A DNA stretch of 64,000 nucleotides, from positions 6,848-70,847 of the forward strand of contig DASTDY010000039.1 of NCBI GenBank assembly GCA_035710125.1, read 5' to 3'. The stretch is from Candidatus Saccharimonadales bacterium (lineage in GTDB: Bacteria > Patescibacteriota > Saccharimonadia > Saccharimonadales > EFPC-124). Position 1 is the first letter of the stretch. The number at the start of each line of letters is the position of its first letter. Both the position numbers and the translations under genes were made by a program. This document shows positions 56,116 through 64,000 of the stretch, one piece after another. The notes under the pieces were generated by a model, which searched no databases, was not told the origin of the DNA, and saw nothing but the letters and a program-made list of their open reading frames with translations.

Positions 56116-57618
56116 ATGAGTATTATGATGGGAATATGGCTATCCGGCATTCTGCTAGCCGTTGGAATTTTACTGACATTTACTAGGTTTGAGCGATTAA
56201 AAAATATAGCGAGTGAGCTTGCTGCCGGCGTGCTGCTTGCAACGTTGCCGTTTTTGGTGGCGTTTACCCACCAACCCTTGCTCGTTTTTGCCGCCGCAAC
56301 GCATGTGTGGCTTATTTTGTTGCCAGCACGGCTCATTTTTGGGCGCCTTGAGCCAGAGTTTTTACTTAAAAGTACCTGGCGAAATAGTATTTTAGGCGCA
56401 CTTATTGCTGCGTTTCTTTGCACGCTGCAAATTGGCCAGCCCGAAGGCTACCGGCCGCTGGTTATTATTACCTGCCTTACCCTTAGTATTGCGCTTGGTG
56501 TGTATTTTTTTGGGCAGATCTGGAAGAACACCCGCCGTTACAAAATTACCCCTAGTTCCAAAATGCCCGCATTAAGAGATTTGCCGACGGTCAGTGTATG
56601 TATTCCTGCCCGTAACGAAGACCATGCACTGACAGAATGTTTACAAAGCGTTATTGCGTCTGACTATCCTAAACTAGAGGTCATTGTGCTAGACGATTGC
56701 TCGCAAGATGCTACATCTGACATAGTCCGCTCGTTTGCGCAAGATGGCGTTCGGTTTATCCAGGGCGACGTACCCGCCACGGGGTGGCTTGGTAAAAACC
56801 AAGCACGGCAAACACTAGCCGAGCATGCGACTGGCCAGTATATTATATTTTTAGACGTCGATACCCACATTGGCCCCTACACTGTGTCGCATGTGGTTGA
56901 ATATGCCATGGCCCAGCGCTTGGCCATGGTAAGCGTTTTGCCGCAAAACCGGCTGACGCCAGGTGTGGCAACAGCGTGTGCGACACTTGATTACTTTTGG
57001 CGGCTCGTGCTGCCGATTTCGCCTTCGCAAACTCCGGTTTCGAGCTCGTTTTGGCTAATCTCTGCAGACAAACTGCGAAGTTTGGGCAGTTTCGCCTCAG
57101 CAAGCCGCAAGATCATGCCAGAAGAATCGTTTGCGGTCCGCCTGCGTCAAACCAACGCCTATCGCTTTTTGGTGAACGATCCTTCGCTCGCAATTACTAC
57201 TGCCAAGCGTTGGAGCAGCCAAATAGAGAGCGCAATCCGTTATAACTATCCGCGGGCGCGGCGCCAGCCCTACGTGACATTTGCAATTTGCACTGGGCTT
57301 GCCGTACTTGGGGTTGCGCCATTCCTAGGGCTTGCGGCATGCCTTATTCTTGGATTGACCGGACCTGTTATGTGGTTAAGCCTCGCTGCGAGCAGCTTGC
57401 TGCTCATAGATTATTTCGTGGTGGTGCGGCGTGTCCGGCCCAAAAGCTGGTTTGTTGACGGTTGGTTTTTGCCACTTGTGTTGTTGCAAGAAATTACTGC
57501 CCAAGTATCAAGCATGTTGCAGTACGAATTTGCTGAGGTCACATGGAAAGGCCGGAACGTGTGCTATCCAGTTGTGGCGCCTAAGCCAGATGATCGCCAG
57601 CCTTTGCGCCTTTTGTAG
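56116..57618 (+). CDS. Membrane-embedded GT2 glycosyltransferase
   Basis: 500 aa. N-terminal TM helices, VSVCIPARNEDHAL and VIVLDDCSQD (GT2 DxD), then C-terminal TM helices. Confidence 0.75.
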   Translation: MSIMMGIWLSGILLAVGILLTFTRFERLKNIASELAAGVLLATLPFLVAFTHQPLLVFAAATHVWLILLPARLIFGRLEPEFLLKSTWRNSILGALIAAFLCTLQIGQPEGYRPLVIITCLTLSIALGVYFFGQIWKNTRRYKITPSSKMPALRDLPTVSVCIPARNEDHALTECLQSVIASDYPKLEVIVLDDCSQDATSDIVRSFAQDGVRFIQGDVPATGWLGKNQARQTLAEHATGQYIIFLDVDTHIGPYTVSHVVEYAMAQRLAMVSVLPQNRLTPGVATACATLDYFWRLVLPISPSQTPVSSSFWLISADKLRSLGSFASASRKIMPEESFAVRLRQTNAYRFLVNDPSLAITTAKRWSSQIESAIRYNYPRARRQPYVTFAICTGLAVLGVAPFLGLAACLILGLTGPVMWLSLAASSLLLIDYFVVVRRVRPKSWFVDGWFLPLVLLQEITAQVSSMLQYEFAEVTWKGRNVCYPVVAPKPDDRQPLRLL

Positions 57619-59257
57619 CAAATTGCTTTGGCGGTACAGTCACCGTAAACGTAGAGCCATGGTTGAGCCGGCTCCCAAACGTGAGCGACAGGCCGATTTT
57701 TTCTGCCAGCTTTTTACATACATATAGCCCAAGTCCAGTGCCGCTCGATTCGCGCGTGCGATAGTCTTCTGACCGGTAAAACTTTTCAAAAATATGCTTT
57801 TGGTCGGATTTACTAATGCCGATGCCCGTGTCTTCTACTTCTATAATTAGACCTGCTTTAGTTTGTTTTGCGCGAATGGTTATGCCACCTTCTTTTGTGT
57901 ATTTAAGGGCATTGGTTACAAGGTTCTGTACGATTTCTTCTATGTACAATTTGCTCGACACAACATGCGGCAGGCGCGAACTTATATCTAGGTCGAGCTT
58001 TAGGTTTTTAGCTTGGGCCTGGGCCAAGTTGTTATTATAGATAGCTTGCAGGCTTTTTGTGACATCCACTACCTCTATATTGGCGCCGAGACCCCGCTCA
58101 GCCCTCGATAACGCGCTAAGGTCGTTGATGAGCTTAGACAAATACAAAATCTGGTCATGAGCCGCCACAGCCGCCTTTTTAAGCATATCTGGCGAAGCGC
58201 CCCTCTCTTGCAGCATCACAATATTAGATAACCCGCCCTCGGCTATAGCGACCGGCGTGCGAAGCTCGTGGCTGACAACAGAGATAAATTCGTCACGTTC
58301 TTCTTCTAGCGATTTTTCTTTGGTAATATCGCGCAGAATAAAGATAAACCCGCTTTCTTCGTGGCTGCGGTACGCAGGATGGATTGGCGCAACGTTTATA
58401 TACAACTTAATGACCTCTCCATCGGCAAAGGTGTACGAAAGGTCTGTGCGGCTGAACACTGCTTTTCGGTTGCGGGCTTCGTCTACCAAACGAACGCGAC
58501 GACCGGTGCTGTCTACCAACTTTAAAACAACATCGACTGATTTGCCTGTGAGGTTTAAGTTGGTGTCGAGCAGGCTCAGTAGGGTCGAGTTATACACCTT
58601 TATACTGCCGAACTCATCGGTTGCCACAACGGCGTCACCCATGCTGTTTACCAACGCGAGAAGGCGCTCACGCTGGTAAGCTTCTTGCTCGCGGGTTTTA
58701 GCCAGAGCCACACGTTCGCGGTCGGTTATGCCACGAATCTTGGCTATAGTGAACCCAATCGCCCCAATAATAAGGATACCTTGAATAATTTCTATCTGTT
58801 CTTTAACGGACAAATCTTGGTGCAATAAAATGCTTAGCAGTCCGGTAATACACAGCGCGGCAAAGCTTGCGATAAATCCGTGCATTTTAAAGCGCATGTC
58901 GGCAGCAATAAGAAGCACAACCCAGACAAACAAAAAGGCACTCAAAAAACCGCTCACAAATAGTACAAATAAGGTGGTAAGCATGTGGAACAGCGCCGTA
59001 AATACTACGTCGGCAGCTTTAGTTTGCGGAATCTTGTTCAAATATAAAAACCATAGCGCAGACACTGCCACATAGGTGGCAACGAGCACTAAGAATACTC
59101 CGTCGTTTATGTAAAAACGGCTATCAACAAACCCATTGCGGGCGAGTAATCCAAAAGGCACCATAATAAACGGCGTAAAAGCCGCTGCGTTCTTTAATAC
59201 AAAAAGAAGCGGCGAGTAGTATGCAGTTTTTGCCTTCTGGTGCGCCATGCTAACCAC
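57581..59257 (-). CDS. Sensor histidine kinase (no adjacent response regulator)
   Basis: 558 aa. Multi-TM N-terminus, PAS-like region, H-box SHELRTP, N-box NALKYT, DTGIGI, GTGLGL. The start is either a GTG at 59257 or an ATG at 59248. Confidence 0.85.
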   Translation of the reverse strand: MVSMAHQKAKTAYYSPLLFVLKNAAAFTPFIMVPFGLLARNGFVDSRFYINDGVFLVLVATYVAVSALWFLYLNKIPQTKAADVVFTALFHMLTTLFVLFVSGFLSAFLFVWVVLLIAADMRFKMHGFIASFAALCITGLLSILLHQDLSVKEQIEIIQGILIIGAIGFTIAKIRGITDRERVALAKTREQEAYQRERLLALVNSMGDAVVATDEFGSIKVYNSTLLSLLDTNLNLTGKSVDVVLKLVDSTGRRVRLVDEARNRKAVFSRTDLSYTFADGEVIKLYINVAPIHPAYRSHEESGFIFILRDITKEKSLEEERDEFISVVSHELRTPVAIAEGGLSNIVMLQERGASPDMLKKAAVAAHDQILYLSKLINDLSALSRAERGLGANIEVVDVTKSLQAIYNNNLAQAQAKNLKLDLDISSRLPHVVSSKLYIEEIVQNLVTNALKYTKEGGITIRAKQTKAGLIIEVEDTGIGISKSDQKHIFEKFYRSEDYRTRESSGTGLGLYVCKKLAEKIGLSLTFGSRLNHGSTFTVTVPPKQFATKGAKAGDHLA

Positions 59258-59278
59258 TATTATGGCATACCATAAGCA

Positions 59279-59974
59279 TTAAAGGTATGGGCGTTGGTCT
59301 TTTAGCGCACGGCGACGCAGGCGGTAATCTGGCAAGATTTGCTCCACCTGCTGCCAAAAAGCGGCCGAATGGTCCATGTGGCGGGTATGGCAGAGTTCGT
59401 GGATTATTACGTAATCTATAAGCTCGAATGGCAATTGCATGAGCCAAATATTAAGGCTAATTGTACCCGAAGTAGAACAACTGCCCCAACGGGTTCCGGC
59501 ATTACTAAACCGCACAGATTCGAACGCAAACCCATGGGTGTTGGCTAAGTTTGCGAGCTGCCGGCTTAAATACGCCCTGGCTTGTGTGCGCAGGGCCTTT
59601 AAGGCGAACTCTTTTATATACGACTGAACCTCGTGGGAATCGTGGGCGGCAAGCGGCGGCACCGAAATTTCTATAAACGTGCCAAGTATGCGCCCGTGCA
59701 GGGCCTCGCCTTGCCGAATAACTAGCCGGTGTGACTTACCTATCAGGTCGCCGTGCCGCAAAATAGTTAGTTCGTTTTTAGTCTGCTTAAGCCCGCGGCG
59801 GACTTGGTCGCGCGCCTGGTTAATGAGTTGTTTTGCCAAATAGAGTGGCGCACGTTTAGGCATAGATACAACGAGCGCGCCCTGATGGTTAATTTTGAGC
59901 CGCAAGCTTTGCGCCAGCGCCGAGCGTTTTATGGTAATGGTGCCAAATTCGCTGTCGTTAATGGTTTGGGCCAT
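59279..59974 (-). CDS. YgjP-like (DUF45) metal-dependent hydrolase
   Basis: 231 aa. VIIHELCHTRHMDHSAAFW zinc-binding HExxH motif. Confidence 0.75.
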   Translation of the reverse strand: MAQTINDSEFGTITIKRSALAQSLRLKINHQGALVVSMPKRAPLYLAKQLINQARDQVRRGLKQTKNELTILRHGDLIGKSHRLVIRQGEALHGRILGTFIEISVPPLAAHDSHEVQSYIKEFALKALRTQARAYLSRQLANLANTHGFAFESVRFSNAGTRWGSCSTSGTISLNIWLMQLPFELIDYVIIHELCHTRHMDHSAAFWQQVEQILPDYRLRRRALKDQRPYL

Positions 59975-59977
59975 ATT

Positions 59978-60652
59978 TTATGAGATTACAACACTCCGCC
60001 GTGGCGGCGCAGCTACTGGCCGCTCTGGCACAGGGCGTTCTTGGCTACGGTTTGGTGTATTGGTCGGGCGCTGCTGGGACTTTTGCTGGTGGGCGTTTTG
60101 CACAGCCTCTACATGGGGCGACGTAAGCTTGCGTAACACCATCTTTGCCTGCGTGCTAAAGGCATGCTTGCCGCTAATTACCATGTGACGTTCCCGCACG
60201 GGCTGGACAAACCGCTTAGCCTGCTCAATCCACTGCGCATCTGTTAGGTTTGGGGACTGCACATCTGCGCCCTTGGGGCTACGTTGCAAAGCGCGTTTTC
60301 GGCATGTTGCGTCGTCTGTCTGCACCCAAATTAAAAATGTATCGTAGCCGTGCGCGGTGGCAAGCTTGTGGAGTTTTTGCCGTTCGGCCAGCGTGTTACC
60401 GCCGCCGTCTATAATAAAGCTACGTTTGGTCTTAACTAGTTCTGACATTTGGTAATCTGCCAGGCGGCTGATGATTTCTGATTCGCTACTGTTAAATTGC
60501 GGTTTTGTAAAAAGTTCGTAACGGATGCGGTCGTGGCTAACGAGCGGCGCCCCGAACATGTCAGAAAATTGCCCCGCAAAAAAACTTTTGCCCGACCCTG
60601 GCAGGCCAGAAAGAATTATTATAAGCGGTTTAGCGAGTGACAGTGTTTTCAT
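59978..60652 (-). CDS. P-loop kinase (AAA_33 / zeta-toxin-like fold) with a Pro/Gln/Arg-rich tail
   Basis: 224 aa. Walker A SGLPGSGKSF. Confidence 0.65.
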   Translation of the reverse strand: MKTLSLAKPLIIILSGLPGSGKSFFAGQFSDMFGAPLVSHDRIRYELFTKPQFNSSESEIISRLADYQMSELVKTKRSFIIDGGGNTLAERQKLHKLATAHGYDTFLIWVQTDDATCRKRALQRSPKGADVQSPNLTDAQWIEQAKRFVQPVRERHMVISGKHAFSTQAKMVLRKLTSPHVEAVQNAHQQKSQQRPTNTPNRSQERPVPERPVAAPPRRSVVIS

Positions 60653-60732
60653 TACCCTACCAGTTCAGCCATTGGACGGCTTGCAAAATGTGTGTGAACC
60701 TATTGTAGCACGTCCTTTACCATTTGCGCACA

Positions 60733-60778
60733 GGTTCGGCCCCAAGTCCGAAAGACAAGAGGCTCAAGGGGCCGAACC
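60733..60778 (-). terminator. Perfect 11-bp hairpin 3' of the 60784-61401 cassette
   Basis: GGTTCGGCCCC (60733-60743) pairs with GGGGCCGAACC (60768-60778), 24-nt loop. Confidence 0.45.
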
Positions 60779-60783
60779 ATAGG

Positions 60784-61401
60784 TCAACGCAGCCAGAACG
60801 CCACTACCACAAACGCTACCGACACAATAAGGGCCGGCACAATGATCCTGTGCATTGTCTTGTAACGCTCAATGGGCTGGATCATGCGGTCGGCGCGCAT
60901 CAGATCCAACGCGAACATGTCGAAATCTGACTCAATGACGGAGGCCCAATCCGCTGCTTTATGGAAGCTCTTGCCTGCTCCCTTAAAAGGCGGCGCATAG
61001 GTTATGAGCGACAGGCCAATACTCAGCCCAGTCATACCCACGCCAATTTTGGCCACCGTTGCCGAAGCCAAGTTGGCGCTCACTAGCAGGCCGTACGCAG
61101 CAAGGGTTGCGACTGCAACCGTAATGAACACCACGGTGCGCTGGGTCAGATCCCGCAAGCTGCCTGCGCGGTATTCGAATTCACCTTTGGCGTACTTGAG
61201 TGCGATTTCCTTGTTGGGGTGTTTGTTCCAGCGGCGCTTGTACTTTTTACGTTGGGTAGGCCACCATTCTTCTAGGGGTTTTGAGGGCTGTGGCTTAAAG
61301 AACCTTACAACGGCTTCCTGCCACTTCTTGCGCTTCTCCTTGAAGGACTCCTGTGGTTTTTGGGGCTTTGGCTTAAAAAAACGAGCAATAGCTCGCAACA
61401 T
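60784..61401 (-). CDS. Hypothetical membrane protein (basic N-terminus, TM hairpin, C-terminal TM; GC-rich cassette)
   Basis: ATG at 61401 after GGAG (MLRAIARFFKPKPQKPQ...). TM helices at VVFITVAVATLAAYGLLV, IGVGMTGLSIGLSLI and IIVPALIVSVAFVVVAF. Confidence 0.5.
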   Translation of the reverse strand: MLRAIARFFKPKPQKPQESFKEKRKKWQEAVVRFFKPQPSKPLEEWWPTQRKKYKRRWNKHPNKEIALKYAKGEFEYRAGSLRDLTQRTVVFITVAVATLAAYGLLVSANLASATVAKIGVGMTGLSIGLSLITYAPPFKGAGKSFHKAADWASVIESDFDMFALDLMRADRMIQPIERYKTMHRIIVPALIVSVAFVVVAFWLR

Positions 61402-61509
61402 AGCTGCTCCGTCTGTCGTTGCCTGCACATTATTATAAACTAAATTGAGTATCACCAGGCCACAAAGTGTATACTGTAAAGCGCCAACGACAGCACGGTA
61501 AGGAGACGC

Positions 61510-62073
61510 ATGGCTCTGCCCGAATGGTGTAACAAGGAATACCTACAGCGATTCGTAGGCGGCTTCTTGTGGGTGATCAACCAAACCGACAACTACACGT
61601 ACTGCGGAGAAATCGCCGGTCTGGACATACGCGACGGCCACCTAGAGGTAACTCCTACATGGTGGGCAGTGGGTGTAGACGGCCATAACCGCCGGTCAAT
61701 GAGGCACAACGGGGGCTGGGTGCGCTCAGCCTTTAAAGAACATACGGTTGCCCTGTACGCACCTGCAAACCCCGACAAACCCAATGACTACGACATGCCT
61801 TTGTATGTCGCAATGCCAGGTATCACCGACGGCAGGCTCATTCTGGATGGCGGCAAAATCCAAGACGAAATGCTCGCCTTCTACCCGCCAGGTAAGTCGC
61901 TGATGCAAGAAAACCAAGTGCGGCCTGCCAACCCGGCAAATCCGGTAGATGAAAGCCGAAAACCACTTGGCGACAGGGTTGTGGTTGAGATGTACCAAGT
62001 TGACCCAGATGGCAAACAGCGTCTGATGCACAGGATCGAGCCGCCCTCAGATGCGGATAACGACGCTCCGTAA
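61510..62073 (+). CDS. Hypothetical protein (GC-rich cassette)
   Basis: 187 aa. ATG 6 nt after AAGGAG. No motif recognised. Confidence 0.55.
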   Translation: MALPEWCNKEYLQRFVGGFLWVINQTDNYTYCGEIAGLDIRDGHLEVTPTWWAVGVDGHNRRSMRHNGGWVRSAFKEHTVALYAPANPDKPNDYDMPLYVAMPGITDGRLILDGGKIQDEMLAFYPPGKSLMQENQVRPANPANPVDESRKPLGDRVVVEMYQVDPDGKQRLMHRIEPPSDADNDAP

Positions 62074-62099
62074 CTAGCAGCTGGCCGTGAATTTGGCGA

Positions 62100-62155
62100 T
62101 AGCAGATGAGAGCATACTAAGGACGCAAGACCCCAATGTGTGCCTCATCTGCTAC
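62100..62155 (+). terminator. 11-bp stem with a large loop 3' of the 61510-62073 cassette
   Basis: TAGCAGATGAG (62100-62110) pairs with CTCATCTGCTA (62145-62155). Confidence 0.35.
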
Positions 62156-62265
62156 TCAGCAAAAAATAATTTGTAAAAAATCTTACATATCATCAATACT
62201 TAACAAACATTTTATACGCTAAATAAGGCGCAGGAGCGCCAAAAAGTCTACGCCCAGGGAGAATC

Positions 62266-62664
62266 ATGCCCGCTCGCGATATCAGCCAGCTGCCAAGAGA
62301 CGCTGGCGACTTCACCAGCGAAGGCCTCACCCGAGCACTGCAAGTGTCGCTCCGGAAGCGGCAATTGCTGAAGGCCGGGTTGGCTGAGCAGCCACGTGAA
62401 GTCATTCAGCATGTCCTGAGCCTCACGCCGGCCCAGACCGACCAGCTCAGCAAGCTGTCTGAAGAAGAAGTGAAGGAGCTGGCCGCTCCCGTGCTGGAAG
62501 CGCTGGAGAGGTCCGACGCCTCACGGTTCAAGGTGAAGCTGGTGCCGCTCCCTGCTGCGACCGAAGCACGCACCCAGCAGCAGGGCGGACAGCAGCCACC
62601 ACAGCCACCTCAGCCGCCCAGGCGTAGGTGCCGGGTGAAGATCGAGGTAGAGATCGAGGCGTAA
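62266..62664 (+). CDS. Hypothetical protein with a Gln/Pro-rich tract and charged C-terminal tail (GC-rich cassette)
   Basis: 132 aa. ATG after GGGAGA. Ends in QQQGGQQPPQPPQPPRRRCRVKIEVEIEA. Confidence 0.5.
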   Translation: MPARDISQLPRDAGDFTSEGLTRALQVSLRKRQLLKAGLAEQPREVIQHVLSLTPAQTDQLSKLSEEEVKELAAPVLEALERSDASRFKVKLVPLPAATEARTQQQGGQQPPQPPQPPRRRCRVKIEVEIEA

Positions 62665-62669
62665 CCCCG

Positions 62670-62704
62670 TGCCACCCGCAGGCAGCAATGCTCTGCGGGT
62701 GGCA
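62670..62704 (+). terminator. Perfect 12-bp hairpin 3' of the 62266-62664 cassette
   Basis: TGCCACCCGCAG (62670-62681) pairs with CTGCGGGTGGCA (62693-62704). No U tract. Confidence 0.5.
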
Positions 62705-62718
62705 TCCCTTTAAACGTA

Positions 62719-63303
62719 CTATCTGGCCGTGTTTTTTTTGTGTACGTAAAAAGAGATCCAGATAGTCCAGAGCTGTAGCATAAGCCAAGACCCTGCCTCG
62801 AAGGCAAAGATTAAATGGCTTTCTTTGGGAGATAGCAAAAACAACATTGTCAAAGCAAAGCTAAGCAATATTGCCGCATATGTTACTGTTTGCACCTGCC
62901 TGTCTTGGGATTTTTTTGCAAGCACAAACATACCCACTAAAAATAACAAACCACTCGATAATGCCACACTAACGTGCGCAACCACGCTTGCAGTGTCGTC
63001 GGGATTGTACGGCAGCAGGCCAGTAGCCGCAAATAAGGTAAGCGAGACTGCAAAAATTTTAAGCGGCACAGTAAAATACTTCGCCAAATGGTGTTTTGTG
63101 AAGATCCAAAAGCAGATAGCCGCCAATGTGTAACACGCACTAAATGCCCAACGTGTTTCAGGCAGTGTTGCAAAAAAACTAATCGGATATTTCCAACCAA
63201 AATAAAGCGGCATCTGTAAATAATAAATGAGTAACGCCGACCACTCCACAGCCACAGTCGCAAGGCCTGCATACTTTGCAAAAGATTCAACATTGCGGTT
63301 CAC
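62719..63303 (-). CDS. DUF998-like polytopic membrane protein
   Basis: 194 aa, about 6 TM helices. Backbone-like composition. Confidence 0.55.
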   Translation of the reverse strand: MNRNVESFAKYAGLATVAVEWSALLIYYLQMPLYFGWKYPISFFATLPETRWAFSACYTLAAICFWIFTKHHLAKYFTVPLKIFAVSLTLFAATGLLPYNPDDTASVVAHVSVALSSGLLFLVGMFVLAKKSQDRQVQTVTYAAILLSFALTMLFLLSPKESHLIFAFEAGSWLMLQLWTIWISFYVHKKNTAR

Positions 63304-63333
63304 CCTACAAGCATAACAGACATACTAATTGAA

Positions 63334-63365
63334 ATACCCGAAGGCTGCAGGGAGCCTTCGGGTAT
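63334..63365 (-). terminator. Perfect 13-bp hairpin 3' of the 63381-63995 cassette
   Basis: ATACCCGAAGGCT (63334-63346) pairs with AGCCTTCGGGTAT (63353-63365). Confidence 0.5.
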
Positions 63366-63380
63366 AGGGTGCCGAGTAGC

Positions 63381-63995
63381 TTACTCGGCGTCGGGTCCAC
63401 AGACCAGCTGGAACTCGACCGTGCAGTGCGCGGTGAATGTAGCGCGTAGCGTTGACAGCTCGTGCACTGTGCCGACGGGCACAGAGTTCGCGGGCTGCCA
63501 CTTGCCGTCTGCATTCAAGCTGATCTCGACTGACTCGCCAGGCTTGTGCGTCCTGACGCGCACCATGTCGGTCAGGTACACCCACTGATCGTCGAGGCGA
63601 CGGGTAGCAACCGGCCCCCACCTCACTGGCTGAACCGGCGGCTCGTAGGTGCCGCGTTGCACACGGAGCGTTCCGGCCACGATATCCATCCGCAGGTCTG
63701 GCGCGATCTTGACCCACTGGTCCGTGACGGCCACCGTGTACGTGGCCCCGCGGGGGTTAGTGACCCGTATGTCCCGGCGGGAGATCCCGTTTTCGCCGCG
63801 ATGCGGGATCACTTCTAGCTCGTAGCCACGGAGGGTGTGCCTGCCGCGGCAAGGCAGAAGTGCTATCTCGCCCCAATGAGGCTCCACCAACAAGACCGGC
63901 TGCCGCCCTGTCTTTTGGCGTACGGCAACCATGCTGCCGCTCACCTCGCGCTCCCAGAACCGTACTTCCAGATCGGCTCCGGGCACAGCGGACAC
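63381..63995 (-). CDS. Hypothetical beta-rich protein (GC-rich cassette); 5' end may lie beyond the window
   Basis: 204 aa from a GTG at 63995. The frame stays open to the window edge, so the true start is unknown. Confidence 0.5.
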   Translation of the reverse strand: MSAVPGADLEVRFWEREVSGSMVAVRQKTGRQPVLLVEPHWGEIALLPCRGRHTLRGYELEVIPHRGENGISRRDIRVTNPRGATYTVAVTDQWVKIAPDLRMDIVAGTLRVQRGTYEPPVQPVRWGPVATRRLDDQWVYLTDMVRVRTHKPGESVEISLNADGKWQPANSVPVGTVHELSTLRATFTAHCTVEFQLVCGPDAE

Positions 63996-64000
63996 CCATT

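Noticed and set aside
8700-63400. Cassette-associated hairpins as integron attC sites.
   Set aside because: No intI gene is present. The cassettes are dispersed and in both orientations rather than arrayed. The hairpins are perfect (no extrahelical bases) and share no RYYYAAC/GTTRRRY-type core.
1-64000. tRNA, rRNA, tmRNA, RNase P RNA and CRISPR arrays.
   Set aside because: Scanning the intergenic regions by eye found no T-loop-like GGTTCGAATCC/GGTTCAAATCC motif in a cloverleaf context, no GAGGAAAGTCCGGGC RNase P motif, and no regularly spaced direct repeats. tRNAscan-SE, Infernal or a CRISPR finder could confirm this.

Overview
The 64 kb window has a gene-dense backbone of roughly 45-52 % GC, estimated from hand counts of sample stretches. 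It has short or overlapping gene junctions and a reduced-genome look. The content is compatible with a Patescibacteria/CPR (Saccharibacteria-like) bacterium, but that assignment is inference only. The backbone carries the following: (1) a surface-glycan locus at 1-8274 (polytopic membrane protein, two GT4, a GT2-GT4 fusion, a secreted glycoside hydrolase); (2) folP, a type IV pilin, typA, a DEAD-box helicase and cysS; (3) a DHH phosphoesterase, recR, ybaB, dnaB and dnaX; (4) an M20 peptidase; (5) rplL-rplJ with an L10-type leader; (6) a thymidylate cluster (thyA, a HIT-dCMP deaminase fusion, a DHFR-family gene, a kinase and a nucleotidyltransferase); (7) rplA-rplK with L1-type leaders, then nusG and secE; (8) a membrane GT2 and an orphan histidine kinase. 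I found no rRNA, tRNA, CRISPR array, transposase or integrase. The most striking feature is about 18 visibly GC-rich ORFs (about 60-73 % GC in sampled stretches, with G/C-ending codons). They sit singly or in pairs between, and even inside, conserved housekeeping arrays. Most are followed by their own perfect GC-rich hairpin that lacks a U-tract. They include an atypical cytochrome P450, two lipobox lipoproteins, an alpha/beta hydrolase, a MetE-like TIM-barrel protein, and many orphans. Other points of interest are a KwaB-like (DUF4868) gene without KwaA, a tail-fibre-like gene coupled to a dimethylformamidase-beta-like gene, and a nested 24-bp perfect inverted repeat between two divergent TTGACA boxes upstream of rplJ. 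I also note duplicated L1-binding-like leaders, an L1 protein with a long charged N-terminal extension, and a RecR lacking most zinc-finger cysteines. All functional calls come from motif recognition by eye. No database search or computation was run.
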